DNA from: Mobula hypostoma | Lineage: Eukaryota | Reading direction: 5' to 3' | DNA length: 64,000 bases | Assembly (NCBI RefSeq): GCF_963921235.1 | Contig: NC_086108.1 | Span: 16,988,001 to 17,052,000 of the forward strand | Shown: positions 61,680 through 64,000 of the stretch, in pieces | Position numbering within the stretch: the first letter of the stretch is position 1 | Layout: each line of letters starts with the position of its first letter | The notes under the pieces: generated by a model | Told to the model about the DNA's origin: nothing | The model's input: the letters and a program-made list of their open reading frames with translations, nothing else | The model's database searches: none | Made by a program: the position numbers and the translations under genes

Positions 61680-64000
61680 CTTGTTACAGACACCTGTTAG
61701 GGCGCATTCTCCAGATACCTTATAAGGTAACCGTAGCCTTCAGCCAGGAGCAGATGTCATCAGGTGGTTCCCAACCTTCACAGTCTGTTTCGACCCTTAA
61801 CCACGACACTCTCCAGTTGGTGGGCTGGCAGTGGTGGCCAAATCACTGCCCATTTGCTCCTGGCTTCCAGCTTCCCTCCTCTCGCCTACTCCAAATCCAA
61901 CAAGAGGCTCGTTCTGCCTCTTCCCCTATCCTACGAGCTGCTTGTTTTTTGCTCCTTTTGTCTAGGCCCAGAGCTGACAACAACCGCCATGCTGATTTGG
62001 CTGGGAAACCTCCACAGCTGATTTCCACAGGGAACAACCAAGCCTGCCATCCCTTGTCTTTACACTCCTGCACTAAGGGCTGGTACTTCAAGGCCTCTCT
62101 GTCATGGGCCTTTTCCCATCCCTCCTCCCATGGCACAGTCAGCTCAACCAGAATTATTTTCCTGTCTTCAGTTGACCACAGTACAATGTCCGGGCGTAGG
62201 GTTGTGTTGACCACATCCGGGAACTGCAGCCTCCTTCCCACATCGACCCTCATCTCCCAGGACCTGGTTGTTAGCAACAGATTGGTTTTGGTTGTTTGGT
62301 TACGAAAGGCCTAGCTCCCTCTTTGATGAAGGTGATGGCCTTCCTCAAATCTGTGCCAGCCGTCCCTTCTTGCATCTCTCCCGCTCTAGTGTGTCAGCAA
62401 GAGCCAGAAGCACCTTATCATGGCACCACCTATACCGTCCTTGAGTTAGAGGTGTTTTACACCTGGACAGTATATGAGCCAGTGTCCCCTTTTGACCACA
62501 GAGCTTACAGTTTGGGTCCCCTCTCATCCCCCATGTGTACAGATGTAATGGCGAAGGAAGGGTGTCATACACGGATCGCAAGAGGAAGGAAATACGGAAG
62601 GGCTCCAGTCTCCATAACTCTGCCCATGAGATCTTGCGCTTGGGCAGATCCCATTTTATCCAGGCACCCTGGGACCCTTGTTCCACTGCCTTTGACATCC
62701 ACTTCTCTTCCTCACAGATCCGTACTTCTGCCTGTACCATGTCTTGTCTGTTCCTTGTCATTTCTTCACTGCTGGAAGTGAACTGAGTCGAGGCCTTGCC
62801 GTCCGATGCAGGGGTTGCTGATGATATCTCGCAGCTTCAGAAAACACACTGCCTGCTCCACAGCTGCGCTGGCTGCCCACTTGCGCCCAGATCTGGTTGT
62901 AACGCCTGCTTGCTTTACCAAGACATCATTGGAATCTCTCAAGCTTAATAAGGCTCTGCATTTTGCCACCTTGAATTCCTCCACAACAGATGACAGGGGA
63001 AGCTGCAGTTGCCCAGAACAAATGTAGAGGCCCACTGAAGAGAAGCTTGGGGGAACTCCCAACCATCTCTGCAGGTGCTTGTTGGTTTTTCTCTCGATGC
63101 CCTCTACGACAGTCATGGGGAACTCATAAAGTGTGAAGAGCCAGAGAAGCCTGGGCAGAAGGCCGTATTGGTACAGCCAGGTCTTGAATTTACCGGGAAG
63201 TCCGAATTTGTCGATCTTCTTCAGCCATTCATCTGTCTGCTTCACAGCATTGGTGACATTGGCCCCATCTGTCAATGACACATTAAACCACTTCCCCAAG
63301 CATTTTATCGGGTTATCTTCGATGGAAGGGATGACCTCACCCTGAACTTGGAGGCTAAACTTGCTAGTAACTTTGCCCTTTCTGGTCACCATACACTTGG
63401 ACTTCTTGGCCTTGAAGGCCATCCTCACCCAAGTGGCTACATTACCCAGGGTATCCAATACCCATCTTGCTTCGACATGTGACACAGTTGTTATAGTGAT
63501 GTCGTCCATGAACCCTCATAGAGCCGGCTGAACAATGCCTGACTCCAGCATCCAGCGGGTTACATCTTCTGCTGCTGATAATAGGAGGTTCATTCCCATA
63601 ATAAATAGGGTGGGGGAGATGGTGCACGCTGTTGGAATCCCCTTCTGGAGCTCCTGCCAACTAGTTGTGAAATGGGCTGATGTAAATCTGAGTTTGAATC
63701 CTCCTAGGTAGCTGGTGATTATGTCTCGAATAGCTGAGGATGTAGTAGTGGTCAAGTCCTTCTAGGATGAGGTCATGTGCAATAGACCCGGAGGCGTTCA
63801 CGAGGTCTAACCAGACAACTGTTAGGTCACCTTTTTTCTGCTTGGCCTCACGGATCAAATGACTAATCATTGAGGTGTGTTCCAGACACCCCGAAAAGCC
63901 TGGAATACTGCCTTTCTGGATGGATGTGTTGGTATAGCTGTCTGCGTCATGTAAGAAGTCAGCCTCCTTGCGAGCACAGAAAAGAAAAACTTACATTCCA
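61680..64000 (-). mobile_element. HERO-like non-LTR retrotransposon (RT, CCHC, restriction-like endonuclease), decayed, 5' part outside the window
   Basis: GCLEH, VVWLDLVNA, GIPTACTISP, MDD; CKLC...LAHILSRC; RPDIVLW...VELTVPWE...LKY; several frameshifts and stops. Confidence 0.88.

Overview
Eukaryotic, almost entirely repeat-derived DNA. The repeat mix (CR1, Rex1/Babar, Penelope-like, fish-type L1, HERO-like, Gypsy LTR remnants, V-SINEs) suggests a cartilaginous fish; this is an inference. No host protein-coding gene can be supported beyond one weak candidate exon. Main features: (1) a full-length L1-clade LINE (41965-47874, minus strand) with two uninterrupted ORFs and a 13-bp target-site duplication (TSD); (2) an ~11.8-kb young 28-bp satellite (~420 units) whose unit and left flank look derived from the antisense 3' end of a CR1 LINE; (3) an older, very degenerate ~42-44-bp tandem repeat surviving in patches from ~7 to ~31 kb between TE insertions; (4) Penelope-like terminal repeats carrying minimal hammerhead ribozyme motifs, two of them as tiny TSD-flanked hairpin insertions; (5) a decayed HERO-type restriction-endonuclease LINE running off the right end. 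Most short ORFs in the supplied track are TE fragments, antisense shadows or satellite read-through. Boundaries of degenerate repeats are approximate and family names come from motif recognition, not database searches.
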